Below are positions 27,830 to 36,873 of a stretch of 64,000 bases of DNA, piece by piece. This stretch comes from Bacteroidales bacterium (GTDB lineage Bacteria > Bacteroidota > Bacteroidia > Bacteroidales > UBA932). The position numbers and the translations under genes were made by a program. Location: assembly GCA_024401745.1 (NCBI GenBank), contig JAKSKK010000003.1, positions 2,287-66,286 of the forward strand. The letters are read 5' to 3'. Position 1 is the stretch's first letter, and each line of letters starts with the position of its first letter. The notes beneath the pieces were generated by a model. It saw nothing but the letters and a program-made list of their open reading frames with translations. It did not search any database and had not been told where the DNA came from.

Positions 27830-29251
27830 ATGGACTTGTATTTGATCCTCATTCTCGTGGCCGTGGTCTTCGTGACCTTCGCCGCAATCCTCGCGCGCTA
27901 CAAGCGCTGCCCCTCAGACAAGATTCTCGTAATCTACGGTAAGACCGGCAAGAACAAGCAGGGTTCCGTATCTTCAGCACGATGCATCCACGGTGGAGCA
28001 TCCTTCATCTGGCCCGTATTCCAGAGCTATTCATTCCTCGACCTTACTCCCATAAGCATCGAGTGCAACCTTACCAACGCGCTGTCAAAGCAGAACATCC
28101 GCGTTGACGTGCCCTGCCGCTTCACCGTCGGCATCAGCACCGAGCCCGAGAACATGACCAACGCCGCAGAGCGTCTGCTCGGACTCAAGATCGACGACAT
28201 CCGCAACATCGCCACCGATATCCTCTTCGGTCAGCTGCGTCTGGTCATCGCCACCATGGACATCGAGGAGATCAACGCCGACCGCGACAAGTTCCTCGCC
28301 AACGTCAGCACCAACGTGGAGGCTGAGCTCCGCAAGATCGGTCTCAAGCTCATCAACGTGAACGTCACTGATATCCGCGACGAGTCAGGATACATCGAGG
28401 CCCTCGGTAAGGAGGCTGCCGCAAAGGCAATCAACGACGCGAAGAAGAGCGTTGCCGAGCAGAACCGCTTCGGTGAGATCGGTAAGGCAGAGGCCGACCG
28501 AGACAAGGACATCCGTATCGCCGAGACTTCCCGCGACACCCGTATCAAGACCGCCGAGGCCAACGCTCTCGCAGTCGAGGGAGAGAACAACTCCAAGATC
28601 GCCATCGCCAACTCAGACGCTACCCGTCGTGAGAGAGCCGCTGAGGCTGAGAGACTTGCAGTCGCTGCCGAGAAGGTTCAGGCCGCAAAGGCCCTCGAGG
28701 AGGCCTACAAGTCAGAGCGTGACGCCGAGCTTGCCCGTGCCGAGCGTGAGAAGGCTACACAGCAGGCCAACATCGTGGTTGCCGCCGAGATCGAGAAGCA
28801 GAAGATGATCATCGCCGCCGAGGCCGAGGCCGAGAAGCTCCGCCGCGAGGCTCAGGGTCAGGCCGACGCAATTTTCGCAAAGATGGACGCACAGGCACGC
28901 GGTACCCTCGAGATCCTCTCCAAGCAGGCCGAAGGTTTCAACCAGCTGGTCGCTGCAGCCGGTGGAGACGCGAAGGACGCCATTACAATGCTCATCTCCG
29001 ACAAGCTGCCCGAGCTCGTCAAGACTCAGGTGGAGGCTGTCAAGGGCATAAAGATCGACAAGGTCACTGTCTGGGACGGTGGCAATGCCAAGGACGGAAA
29101 GACCGCCACATCCAATTTCATCTCAGGCATGATGGGCGCTGTTCCCCCGCTTGAGGACCTCTTCAAGATGGCAGGACTCAGCCTTCCTAACTACCTGAAG
29201 GGCACAGAGGCTCCCGCTGCCGAGGCCGCTGACGAAGTCAAGGGAGAGTAA
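27830..29251 (+). CDS. Flotillin / SPFH (band 7) protein
   Basis: RYKRCPSDKILVIYG, GGASFIWPVFQ, GQLRLVIATM.IEEINADRDKF, long AE-rich coiled coil. Confidence 0.92.
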   Translation: MDLYLILILVAVVFVTFAAILARYKRCPSDKILVIYGKTGKNKQGSVSSARCIHGGASFIWPVFQSYSFLDLTPISIECNLTNALSKQNIRVDVPCRFTVGISTEPENMTNAAERLLGLKIDDIRNIATDILFGQLRLVIATMDIEEINADRDKFLANVSTNVEAELRKIGLKLINVNVTDIRDESGYIEALGKEAAAKAINDAKKSVAEQNRFGEIGKAEADRDKDIRIAETSRDTRIKTAEANALAVEGENNSKIAIANSDATRRERAAEAERLAVAAEKVQAAKALEEAYKSERDAELARAEREKATQQANIVVAAEIEKQKMIIAAEAEAEKLRREAQGQADAIFAKMDAQARGTLEILSKQAEGFNQLVAAAGGDAKDAITMLISDKLPELVKTQVEAVKGIKIDKVTVWDGGNAKDGKTATSNFISGMMGAVPPLEDLFKMAGLSLPNYLKGTEAPAAEAADEVKGE

Positions 29252-29254
29252 GCC

Positions 29255-29470
29255 ATGCCGATAATAGTGAATGTTGACGTAATGCTCGCCCGGAGGAAGA
29301 TGTCCTCCGGCGAGCTTGCCGACAAGATAGGAATTTCGGCCACGAACCTGTCTATTCTGAAGACGGGCAAGGCCAAGGCCATACGTTTCAGCACGCTGGC
29401 CGCAATCTGCAAGGCGCTGGACTGCCAGCCCGGCGACCTGCTCGAATATCAACCAGGAGACGATGAATAA
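29255..29470 (+). CDS. XRE/Cro HTH repressor, YozG-like
   Basis: NLSILKTGKAKAIRFSTL..IC..LDCQPGDLL. Confidence 0.9.
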   Translation: MPIIVNVDVMLARRKMSSGELADKIGISATNLSILKTGKAKAIRFSTLAAICKALDCQPGDLLEYQPGDDE

Positions 29471-29996
29471 CAGGATTATCATTCTTGTGGCCGAAGAGGC
29501 CGAGGCCCGCATGGTGCAGAAGTATCTGCCTGAGGCCGAATGTGTGCGCACCGGAGTGGGTGCATCTAACGTCATAAAGACCTGCTGCGGAATCCCCGCC
29601 GGCACAAAGGTCTTCAACATAGGCTACGCCGGCAGCAATTCGCTGACAATAGGCACCGTTACCGCGGTCAGCCAGACCTTCCGCCTGATGAGTGACGCCT
29701 ACAAGTTCGTCGACCATAACAATCCTCTCTGCCTTGGTGGAGAGGGTTTCCCTTGTTATACGAGCAACTCCTTCGTCACTGAATCCGACAAGGTTGAGCC
29801 CACCCTGTTCGACATGGAGCTCAATTACATGGCCGCCTTCCCTTTGGAGATGGTGGGCGCCATAAAGATCGTCAGCGACAATCTGAGCGTAGACGCTTTC
29901 CAGAACAACGCGATACGCGAATCAGGCATCCTCACCTCAGCAGAGGTCTGGGAGAAGGTTGCCGCACTTTACCGTTCAATCATAAATAAAGAATAA
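29463..29996 (+). CDS. Nucleoside phosphorylase / MTA-SAH nucleosidase-like protein
   Basis: TGVGASN, NIGYAGS, TSNSFV, DME, KIVSD (PNP_UDP_1 fold motifs). Confidence 0.7.
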   Translation: MNNRIIILVAEEAEARMVQKYLPEAECVRTGVGASNVIKTCCGIPAGTKVFNIGYAGSNSLTIGTVTAVSQTFRLMSDAYKFVDHNNPLCLGGEGFPCYTSNSFVTESDKVEPTLFDMELNYMAAFPLEMVGAIKIVSDNLSVDAFQNNAIRESGILTSAEVWEKVAALYRSIINKE

Positions 29997-29997
29997 A

Positions 29998-30960
29998 ATG
30001 AAAGTAAGAACCATCATCAGCGCAGCCCTGGTTGCAGTACTCTGCCTCAGCTCATGCGCAAACAACTGTTCAAAGAGCTGCTGCAAGCAGGACGAATGTT
30101 GCTGCCATCAGTTCGCAAAGAAGCTCCCCATCGGTGTACAGCTCTACAGCGTCAGGACCGACCTGGAGAAGGATTTCTACGGCACACTCAAGGCCGTACG
30201 TGAAATGGGCTATGCCGGAGTCGAGTTCTACGGCGAGTACTACGGAAACACTCCTACCCAGATCAAGCAGTGGTGCACCGAGCTCGGTCTCATCCCGTTC
30301 TCCAACCACGTTCCCTTCCAGGCAATGATCGACGACGTCGACAAGGTGATCGAGGACAACCTCATCCTTGGCGTACAGTACCTCGTGTTCCCCTACATGG
30401 ACGAGGCGAGCCGTCCTGGCATCGACCCTAAGCAGTTCAAGAAGACCGTCGCCAAGATCGGTGAGATCGGCGAGAAGGTTCACGCTGCAGGATTCCAGCT
30501 CCTCTATCACAACCACGACTTCGAGTTCGTGACTCTTGAGGACGGCACTGTCGGATACGACTACATCTTCTCTTCAAACGACCGCGTGAAGCTTCAGAAC
30601 GAGCCTGACGTATGCTGGGTAAGCTATGCAGGCTTCGATCCCGCCGAGGTCCTTGCAAAGTACGCAGGCAACATTCCCGTCGTTCATCTCAAGGACTACT
30701 ATCTCGAGGGCAAGCTCAGCTCTGCACCCTACGCACTCATCGGCATCAGCACCGACAATGCCATGAAGGATGACGGCGGCTGGTTCGAGTACCGTCCCGT
30801 TGGAATGGGCCAGGTAGACATCCCCGCAGTCATCAAGGCCGCCATCGACGGTGGTGCCCAGTGGCTCTGCGTCGAGCAGGATGAGCCCAGCCAGGGTCTC
30901 GACCGCCTTCAGAACGTAGCCAAGAGCGTGGAGTACCTGAAGTCTCTCGACCTCATGTAA
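29998..30960 (+). CDS. Sugar-phosphate isomerase/epimerase (xylose isomerase-like TIM barrel), lipoprotein
   Basis: GVQLYSVR, GYAGVEF, YHNHDFEF, HLKD, VEQD. Confidence 0.88.
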   Translation: MKVRTIISAALVAVLCLSSCANNCSKSCCKQDECCCHQFAKKLPIGVQLYSVRTDLEKDFYGTLKAVREMGYAGVEFYGEYYGNTPTQIKQWCTELGLIPFSNHVPFQAMIDDVDKVIEDNLILGVQYLVFPYMDEASRPGIDPKQFKKTVAKIGEIGEKVHAAGFQLLYHNHDFEFVTLEDGTVGYDYIFSSNDRVKLQNEPDVCWVSYAGFDPAEVLAKYAGNIPVVHLKDYYLEGKLSSAPYALIGISTDNAMKDDGGWFEYRPVGMGQVDIPAVIKAAIDGGAQWLCVEQDEPSQGLDRLQNVAKSVEYLKSLDLM

Positions 30961-30978
30961 GTCTGAACGGAATATCGG

Positions 30979-31008
30979 AAAGCCGGCACATTGTGTCGGC
31001 TTTTTTTT
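30979..31008 (+). terminator. Intrinsic terminator
   Basis: AAAGCCGGCACA-t-TGTGTCGGC followed by T8. Confidence 0.85.
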
Positions 31009-31080
31009 ATATTCTACCTATACAAAATTTCTCTTTCCGTATTTGTCGGTCCTCATACAAACTTAACATCATATTTTTTA

Positions 31081-31193
31081 TATCTTTGCATAATAATGAT
31101 TTAGCTGACCTTAACAAACTTTACAATCTTAGGCCTTAACCACACCTTAACACATACTATACAGTTAATATTCACCTATAAATGTTAAATTTG
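31081..31193 (+). promoter_or_regulatory. Two -7 elements enclosing TTAAC direct repeats
   Basis: TATCTTTG 31081-31088 and TAAATTTG 31186-31193; CCTTAAC at 31109, 31134 and 31145; TATAC at 31158 continues the 11-bp period. Confidence 0.55.
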
Positions 31194-31195
31194 TT

Positions 31196-32611
31196 ATGAA
31201 TACTATGGGAAGAAACAAGAAATACGGATCTCTCTACGATAACATCGACAAGTTCTGCAACCTCGTCGACCAGAGCCTTCTGGTGTTCGAAGAGGGGTTC
31301 AAGAACTATCTTTACCATGATATGTCTGCCCTGAACGGGAACATCCAGACTATAGTGAAGCTCGAGAACGAGTCCAGCACTCTGCGAAGGGAACTTGAGA
31401 AGTCATTGTACAGCCGTCGTGGTTTCTCCAACACCCATGGAGACATTCTTCGCCTTCTCGACCTTCTCTACATCATCATCTCGGCCCTGTACAACGACAT
31501 CTATCAGCTTGAGATCGAGACTCCTAACATTCCTGAAGAGCTCAATGCCGATTTCCTCAAGCTCATGCAGCTGAGCACAAGTTCAGTTGCCAATACCATT
31601 CCTGCATGCAAGGCTTTCTTCACATCCCCGGACACCATCCCAGACCTGGTGCGCCGGGTATATTTTTACCATAAGGAGGCCGACCGTCAGGCTAAGGCCC
31701 TCAAGCGCAAGGTCTTCCATGAGTTCGACAGGCTCAAGCTCAGCGAGAAGTTCCATCTGCGCTACTTCGCCCTACATATCGAGGAGATTGCCCAGCATGC
31801 CATCAAGGTTTCCGACCAGCTGTCGGTAATGACCATACGCTCCCAGAGCCGCAGGGACCTCATTGTGGAATCCCGCTCCCTTCCTATCATACTGTCATCC
31901 GCCGCTTTCATCGTTTCCCTTTTGTGCGGATTCATCATCCTTCCCGGCTCCGGACTCAAGTCTGCCCACGGATATGCCATACTCATGGTCGCCGCCGCAA
32001 CGGTGCTGGTGCTCGTTATCTTCCTGCTGGTCATGATAGTGCGCGCCAGGAACAGCAAGCGCCGTTCCGACTCCCGCATGCTTGCCCAGGAAGATGAGCT
32101 GCTGAGCAACAACCGCAGGATCTCCGAGATGGAGGCCCAGATCATGAAGATGGAGAACGACCATCTCCAGAACCTGCTGGACCTCAAGCGCAAGGAGACC
32201 ACGGGCGTGGTTGAGAAGATTTCCGAGCAGAAGGGCTTCATCGACAGCATCTATGACATACTCCAGAAGGCCGAGCTTTCCAAGGACGACGAGTCCCGCG
32301 ACGCCCTCCTGCACGAGGCCAAGACCCAGTTGAGCCTGCGCCGCAACCTCACCGGCGACCAGAATGACTTCTATGCCCAGGTTGAGCAGCTTCACAAGGA
32401 CTTTTCGGTGCGTCTCGCTTCCCGCTTCCCCAATCTGTCGGCCCAGGAGCGCAAGCTCGCCACACTTCTCAGGCTTGAATATTCTACCAAATACATAGCT
32501 GACGTGCTCAACATCTCTCCCAAGAGCGTGGAGGTGGAGCGCCATCGTCTCCGTACCAAGATGGGGCTCGAGCGCGGTCAGAACCTTACAGAATTCATCA
32601 AAAACATTTAA
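31196..32611 (+). CDS. DUF47/PhoU-like domain - 2 TM - coiled coil - LuxR-type HTH fusion regulator
   Basis: First ~215 aa DUF47-like (LRRELEKSLY, GDILRLL, KEADRQAKALKRKVF, HLRYFA.HIE); two TM helices; FPNLSAQERKLA.LLRL..STKYIA..LNISPKSVEVERHRLR.KMGL. Confidence 0.8.
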   Translation: MNTMGRNKKYGSLYDNIDKFCNLVDQSLLVFEEGFKNYLYHDMSALNGNIQTIVKLENESSTLRRELEKSLYSRRGFSNTHGDILRLLDLLYIIISALYNDIYQLEIETPNIPEELNADFLKLMQLSTSSVANTIPACKAFFTSPDTIPDLVRRVYFYHKEADRQAKALKRKVFHEFDRLKLSEKFHLRYFALHIEEIAQHAIKVSDQLSVMTIRSQSRRDLIVESRSLPIILSSAAFIVSLLCGFIILPGSGLKSAHGYAILMVAAATVLVLVIFLLVMIVRARNSKRRSDSRMLAQEDELLSNNRRISEMEAQIMKMENDHLQNLLDLKRKETTGVVEKISEQKGFIDSIYDILQKAELSKDDESRDALLHEAKTQLSLRRNLTGDQNDFYAQVEQLHKDFSVRLASRFPNLSAQERKLATLLRLEYSTKYIADVLNISPKSVEVERHRLRTKMGLERGQNLTEFIKNI

Positions 32612-32629
32612 CCACACGTTTAACACATT

Positions 32630-34009
32630 ATGAAGAAAACATTGCTTGTTTTGGCCACCCTCTGCTGCTTTGGCGCATTTGCCACAGCGCAGGAAGAAGA
32701 GGAGGCACAGTACAATCAGTACGGAGTCAAGGTTGACTCCAAGAAGCTCGTGGCTGAGGCTCAGGACGGAATCCTCGTGCTCCGTTCCAAGGACAACAGC
32801 TACAAGATCTGGCTCGACAACCGAGTACAGGCCGATGCGGCCGTTTTCTGGGGAGCCCCCGACTATGCCGACGAGATAGGTAACGGTGCACAGATCCGCC
32901 GCGCCCGTTTTGCCGTGAAGGCACAGATCACCCCCAAGTGGTATGGTGAGGTCGACATGGACATGGCAAACGGCGTGTTTGAGCTCAAGGACGCCATCAT
33001 CCGTTACGACGGTATTCCCTACACCGAGATCCAGGTAGGTAACTTCAAGGAATTCTTCTCTATCCAGAGAAACAACTCATCACGCTACCTCCAGTTCATG
33101 GAGCGCCCTATGGTTGCACAGGCCCTCGCACCTTCACGTCACATCGGTGCCAACATCAAGTTCGCAAAGGACTGGCTGTGGCTCTCCGGCGGTGCGTTCT
33201 TCCAGACCATCGACAACCTTGAGACCCGCACTTTCGTGGAGGATGCAAACAAGGACTTCGGCGTGAATCCCGGTATCAGCTACACCGGCAAGATCGTCGT
33301 GATGCCCGGTTGGGACCAGAAGGACTGGGGTCTGCACTTCGCCGCTGCCGGTTCCTACCGTACCCCCAAGGTTGACGACGAGGCCGTTGCAACTTCAGGC
33401 AAGCCTTCAGTCCGTTTCAGCACCCGCAATTCCAACGGCATGAACCGTAAGAAGTACATCGACACCGACGAGATCACCAACACCGACCACGACATCCTCT
33501 ATACGGCCGAGGTTGCAGGTTACTGGAAGGGTCTCCGCTGGGAGGGCGCCTACATGGCAGATGACAACTACGTCATCGGAGCCAAGGACTGCTCACACCT
33601 CTGGGGCTGGTACGCACAGGCAGGCTGGCTGCTCTTCGGCGGCCGTCAGCGCTATGACAGCAACGGTGCAAAGTTCACACGTGTGCAGAGAGGCCAGAGC
33701 TGGGGCGACATCGAGCTCTGCGCCCGCTACGAGTTCATCGACTTCAACGGACTCCAGAGCGGCCCTGCAGGTGCAGCTGAGGCGTATGCCCTTGGCCTGA
33801 ACTACTACATCAACAACCATTGCAAGATCATGGTCAACTACCAGTACAACAACAATGACCGCTATGCAAACGGCAAGGGCAACAAGTTCTATGTAGGAAC
33901 CGATGCAGCCGGCCAGCCCACCAAGGACTACACCAAGGTTGCAAATGCAGCCGGCAAGTCAGGTGTTGACTACAGCATGCTGTCATTACGTATGGAAATC
34001 GACTTCTAA
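32630..34009 (+). CDS. Phosphate/pyrophosphate-selective porin, OprO/OprP family
   Basis: Signal peptide; RVQ.D, IRRARF, LKDA, GNFKE.FS, SSRYLQFMER, GWYAQAGWLLFG, GDIEL.ARY, LGLNYY, terminal F. Confidence 0.85.
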   Translation: MKKTLLVLATLCCFGAFATAQEEEEAQYNQYGVKVDSKKLVAEAQDGILVLRSKDNSYKIWLDNRVQADAAVFWGAPDYADEIGNGAQIRRARFAVKAQITPKWYGEVDMDMANGVFELKDAIIRYDGIPYTEIQVGNFKEFFSIQRNNSSRYLQFMERPMVAQALAPSRHIGANIKFAKDWLWLSGGAFFQTIDNLETRTFVEDANKDFGVNPGISYTGKIVVMPGWDQKDWGLHFAAAGSYRTPKVDDEAVATSGKPSVRFSTRNSNGMNRKKYIDTDEITNTDHDILYTAEVAGYWKGLRWEGAYMADDNYVIGAKDCSHLWGWYAQAGWLLFGGRQRYDSNGAKFTRVQRGQSWGDIELCARYEFIDFNGLQSGPAGAAEAYALGLNYYINNHCKIMVNYQYNNNDRYANGKGNKFYVGTDAAGQPTKDYTKVANAAGKSGVDYSMLSLRMEIDF

Positions 34010-34021
34010 AGACAAAGAGAT

Positions 34022-36205
34022 ATGAAAAAGATATTTGCAGTTTTGGCAATGGCCCTTCCTCTGGTACTCTCTTCCTGCCTTAAGGACGAGGTGTACGGAG
34101 GTGCAACCATCAGCGACATAAAGAACACGGTGGCCTATACCGAGACCACCCCCGTGACAGTAAGCGCAAAGGTATCCTCACTCGTTGCAGTGAAGGAGGT
34201 GAACCTCTACTACAGCGCAGGTTCGGCTTCAGAGCAGAAGGTCGCCATGACCGGCGCATCCGAGCTCTACACCGCAGTCATCCCCGCACAGCCCCTCGAT
34301 ACCGAGGTGAGCTACTACATCGAGGCCAAGACCGCCACGGCAACTGCCAAGTCACCCGTCGTCAAGTACGTTGTCGGCGCCACTCCCATCGACTACAGCG
34401 GCCTCATCCTCAACGAGCTCAACGGTAACGACAAGTTCATCGAGCTCTACAACAAGGGCACCGAGGCCATTCCTCTTGCAGGCGTATACATCGCAAAGGA
34501 CACCGAGGACAACATCACCTGGACCTGCGACGCACGCGACATCGCTCCCGGCGAGTACCTCCTCCTCTACAGCGAAGACGTATGTGTAAGCGGCGGCGCA
34601 CAGGAAGGATATCCCGAGGCACTCATCTTCCACAGCGGACTCTCTGCTAAGAAGGCCGTCAGGATCATCCTCTTCAGCCCCGCAAGCGCAATCATCGACG
34701 ACTTCAACCTGAAGGACTGCAAGAAGACAGCTCCCGCATCGTACAGCCGTAACTCTGACGGCAACTGGTATCACGCTGACGCTACTCCCGGCAAGCCCAA
34801 TGTAGACGGCACCGAGGCTGTCGAGGGCCTTGTGGCAGGTGACGTTCCTGAGGAACCCGAGGAGCCCGAGCAGCCTGAGCAGCCCGAGGAACCCGACCAG
34901 CCCACGGTGACCGCATACAAGGTCTTCATCAACGAGATCAGCTGCGGCGAGAAGAAGATCGAGGTCTACAACGCCGAGAGCAAGGAAGTCGACATCGCCG
35001 GCTATGTGTTCACCAAGGACGGCAGCGACACCTGGACAGTTCCCGCAGGAATGGGCAACATCCCCGCAGGCGGCTTCGTGGTATATACCGCAAAGCAGGC
35101 TGACGCATCCACCGGTCCCATGTTCGGAATCAGCGGCACCAAGGGATTCACGCTCGCTCTTACGGCAGGCGACACTGCAATCGACGCCATCGACAATTCA
35201 GCCGAATCAGCAACCTTCACCACACTTGAGGATACAGAGACCCTCGGCCGCAAGACCGACGGCGCTTCAACCTGGGTTGTTTTCTCAGCAGGCACCATCG
35301 GCGCAAGCAACGCTGGCGGCACCATCAAGGGTGATGACCCCGAGCCCGCAGAGGTCAAGGTGTTCATCAACGAGATCAGCTGCGGCGACAAGAAGATCGA
35401 GATATACAACGCAGGCGAGGCTGACGTCGACATCGCCGGCTACGTATTCACCAAGGACAGCAAGGACACCTGGACCGTTCCTGCAGGCATGGGAACCATC
35501 CCCGCAGGCGGCTTCGTAGTATATACCGCAAAGCAGAGCGATGCTGCCAACGGCCCTACCTTCGGCATCAGCGGCAGCAAGGGCTTCGACCTCAAGCTTG
35601 CGAATGCTGAAGGCGAGGAGATGGACCACATCGACAACCTCACCAATGTCGTCACAGTCGAGGACAGCGAGACCTACGGCCGCAAGACCGACGGTGCTGA
35701 CGAGTGGGTTCTCTTCTCAGCAGGCACCATCGGCGCAAGCAACGCAGGCGGTACCGTAAAGCCTGAGCCCAAGGGTGTCATCATCCTCAACGAGCTCAAC
35801 GGCAACGACAAGTTCATCGAGCTCTACAACTGCGGCGAGGCTGCAATCGACCTTACGGGATACAAGATCCAGAAGGACGGAACCGACGTCTGGACTGGCA
35901 GCCAGAAGGTCGAGGCCGGTGCGTTCCTTCTTCTCTACAGCGAGGACGTAGTGGTTGCAGGCGCTGCCCATGAAGGATATGACGAGGCTCTCGTCTTCCA
36001 TAGCGGACTTTCTGCAAAGAAGAACGTGAAGGTCGAGATCCTTGACGCAGAGGGTGCCTCAGTCGAGGCATTCAACCTCACCGCCATCGCAAAGACGGCA
36101 CCTGCTTCATACAGCAAGAACGCTGACGGCAAGTGGTATCATGCCGAGGCTACTCCCGGCGCTGTGAACGCCGAGGGAACAGAACTCGTGGAAGGACTTG
36201 AATAA
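34022..36205 (+). CDS. Surface lipoprotein with four lamin-tail domains (LTD)
   Basis: Lipobox LSSC; Ig-like N-terminal domain; four (L/I)NE...IE(L/V/I)YN......I.GY / TPG-type modules; P/E/Q-rich linker. Confidence 0.8.
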   Translation: MKKIFAVLAMALPLVLSSCLKDEVYGGATISDIKNTVAYTETTPVTVSAKVSSLVAVKEVNLYYSAGSASEQKVAMTGASELYTAVIPAQPLDTEVSYYIEAKTATATAKSPVVKYVVGATPIDYSGLILNELNGNDKFIELYNKGTEAIPLAGVYIAKDTEDNITWTCDARDIAPGEYLLLYSEDVCVSGGAQEGYPEALIFHSGLSAKKAVRIILFSPASAIIDDFNLKDCKKTAPASYSRNSDGNWYHADATPGKPNVDGTEAVEGLVAGDVPEEPEEPEQPEQPEEPDQPTVTAYKVFINEISCGEKKIEVYNAESKEVDIAGYVFTKDGSDTWTVPAGMGNIPAGGFVVYTAKQADASTGPMFGISGTKGFTLALTAGDTAIDAIDNSAESATFTTLEDTETLGRKTDGASTWVVFSAGTIGASNAGGTIKGDDPEPAEVKVFINEISCGDKKIEIYNAGEADVDIAGYVFTKDSKDTWTVPAGMGTIPAGGFVVYTAKQSDAANGPTFGISGSKGFDLKLANAEGEEMDHIDNLTNVVTVEDSETYGRKTDGADEWVLFSAGTIGASNAGGTVKPEPKGVIILNELNGNDKFIELYNCGEAAIDLTGYKIQKDGTDVWTGSQKVEAGAFLLLYSEDVVVAGAAHEGYDEALVFHSGLSAKKNVKVEILDAEGASVEAFNLTAIAKTAPASYSKNADGKWYHAEATPGAVNAEGTELVEGLE

Positions 36206-36225
36206 CATTTAATCAACAAATAATA

Positions 36226-36870
36226 ATGGCAAAAGAAGAAATGAAGATCGGCGAGATCAGCAAGCCTCGCTTTGAATTCCGCAGCTTCGGTCAGTGCTTC
36301 TGCGAAGCTCACAAACGTATGGCCCGTCTGTCTGTCCCCGTCCCTGAGAAGGTATGGGAGCGCAGCAGCGACGAGATCTATATCATCTCACGCAAGAACG
36401 ATATCAACAACACCAAGATCCGTAACGGCAAGATGGACATCAAGACCTACGTCCAGACAGTCGACGGTCTCGAGCAGTGGAACCCCCTCATGAAGGGCGA
36501 GTTCCCCATCAGCCGCGAGGTTCTCGAGAAGGAAGTGTTCCCCGCATTCATGGTCGAGATGCCCGCCCTCACCAAGGACGAGTACACCTACGACGAGTTC
36601 ATCGCCATGGTCAAGGCCAACCCTGACCTTGCAGCAGTGCGCGTGCACAAGCAGCGCTTCGGCTACATGGTGAACGACACCATCTGCGAGGTGGGCAACG
36701 TGCTCATCAACGGCGCAAAGGTCGTTACCATCAACTCAGAGTCAACAGAGATCGAGGACATCAAGAAGACCATCGCTGACTGCGGTCTCGAGGGTGTTGA
36801 GAACATCAACTACCTCCAGGCCATCAAGCGTGTGATCGGCATGTCAGACAAACCTCTTGCAAACGAATAG
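36226..36870 (+). CDS. Hypothetical protein, probable divergent CYTH/TTM fold
   Basis: RFEFRSF, DEIY, KIR..KMDIK, EQW, VHKQR, CE follow the order of basic and acidic residues seen in TTM tunnels; next to a canonical CYTH gene. Confidence 0.5.
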   Translation: MAKEEMKIGEISKPRFEFRSFGQCFCEAHKRMARLSVPVPEKVWERSSDEIYIISRKNDINNTKIRNGKMDIKTYVQTVDGLEQWNPLMKGEFPISREVLEKEVFPAFMVEMPALTKDEYTYDEFIAMVKANPDLAAVRVHKQRFGYMVNDTICEVGNVLINGAKVVTINSESTEIEDIKKTIADCGLEGVENINYLQAIKRVIGMSDKPLANE

Positions 36871-36873
36871 TCC

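Noticed and set aside
6364-31000. Shared CCGGCACA...TGTG(C/T)CG core in two hairpins (6365 and 30983)
   Set aside because: Only about 8 bp, two copies, and unlike the RAYT-adjacent palindromes; not enough to call a REP family.
34845-34905. GAG-CAG-CCC-type tandem repeat
   Set aside because: Ordinary Pro/Glu/Gln inter-domain linker.
34915-35760. Long direct DNA repeats that could suggest a CRISPR array, DGR template or invertible cassette
   Set aside because: They are in-frame duplicated LTD protein modules. There are no spacers, and no reverse transcriptase or recombinase is nearby.
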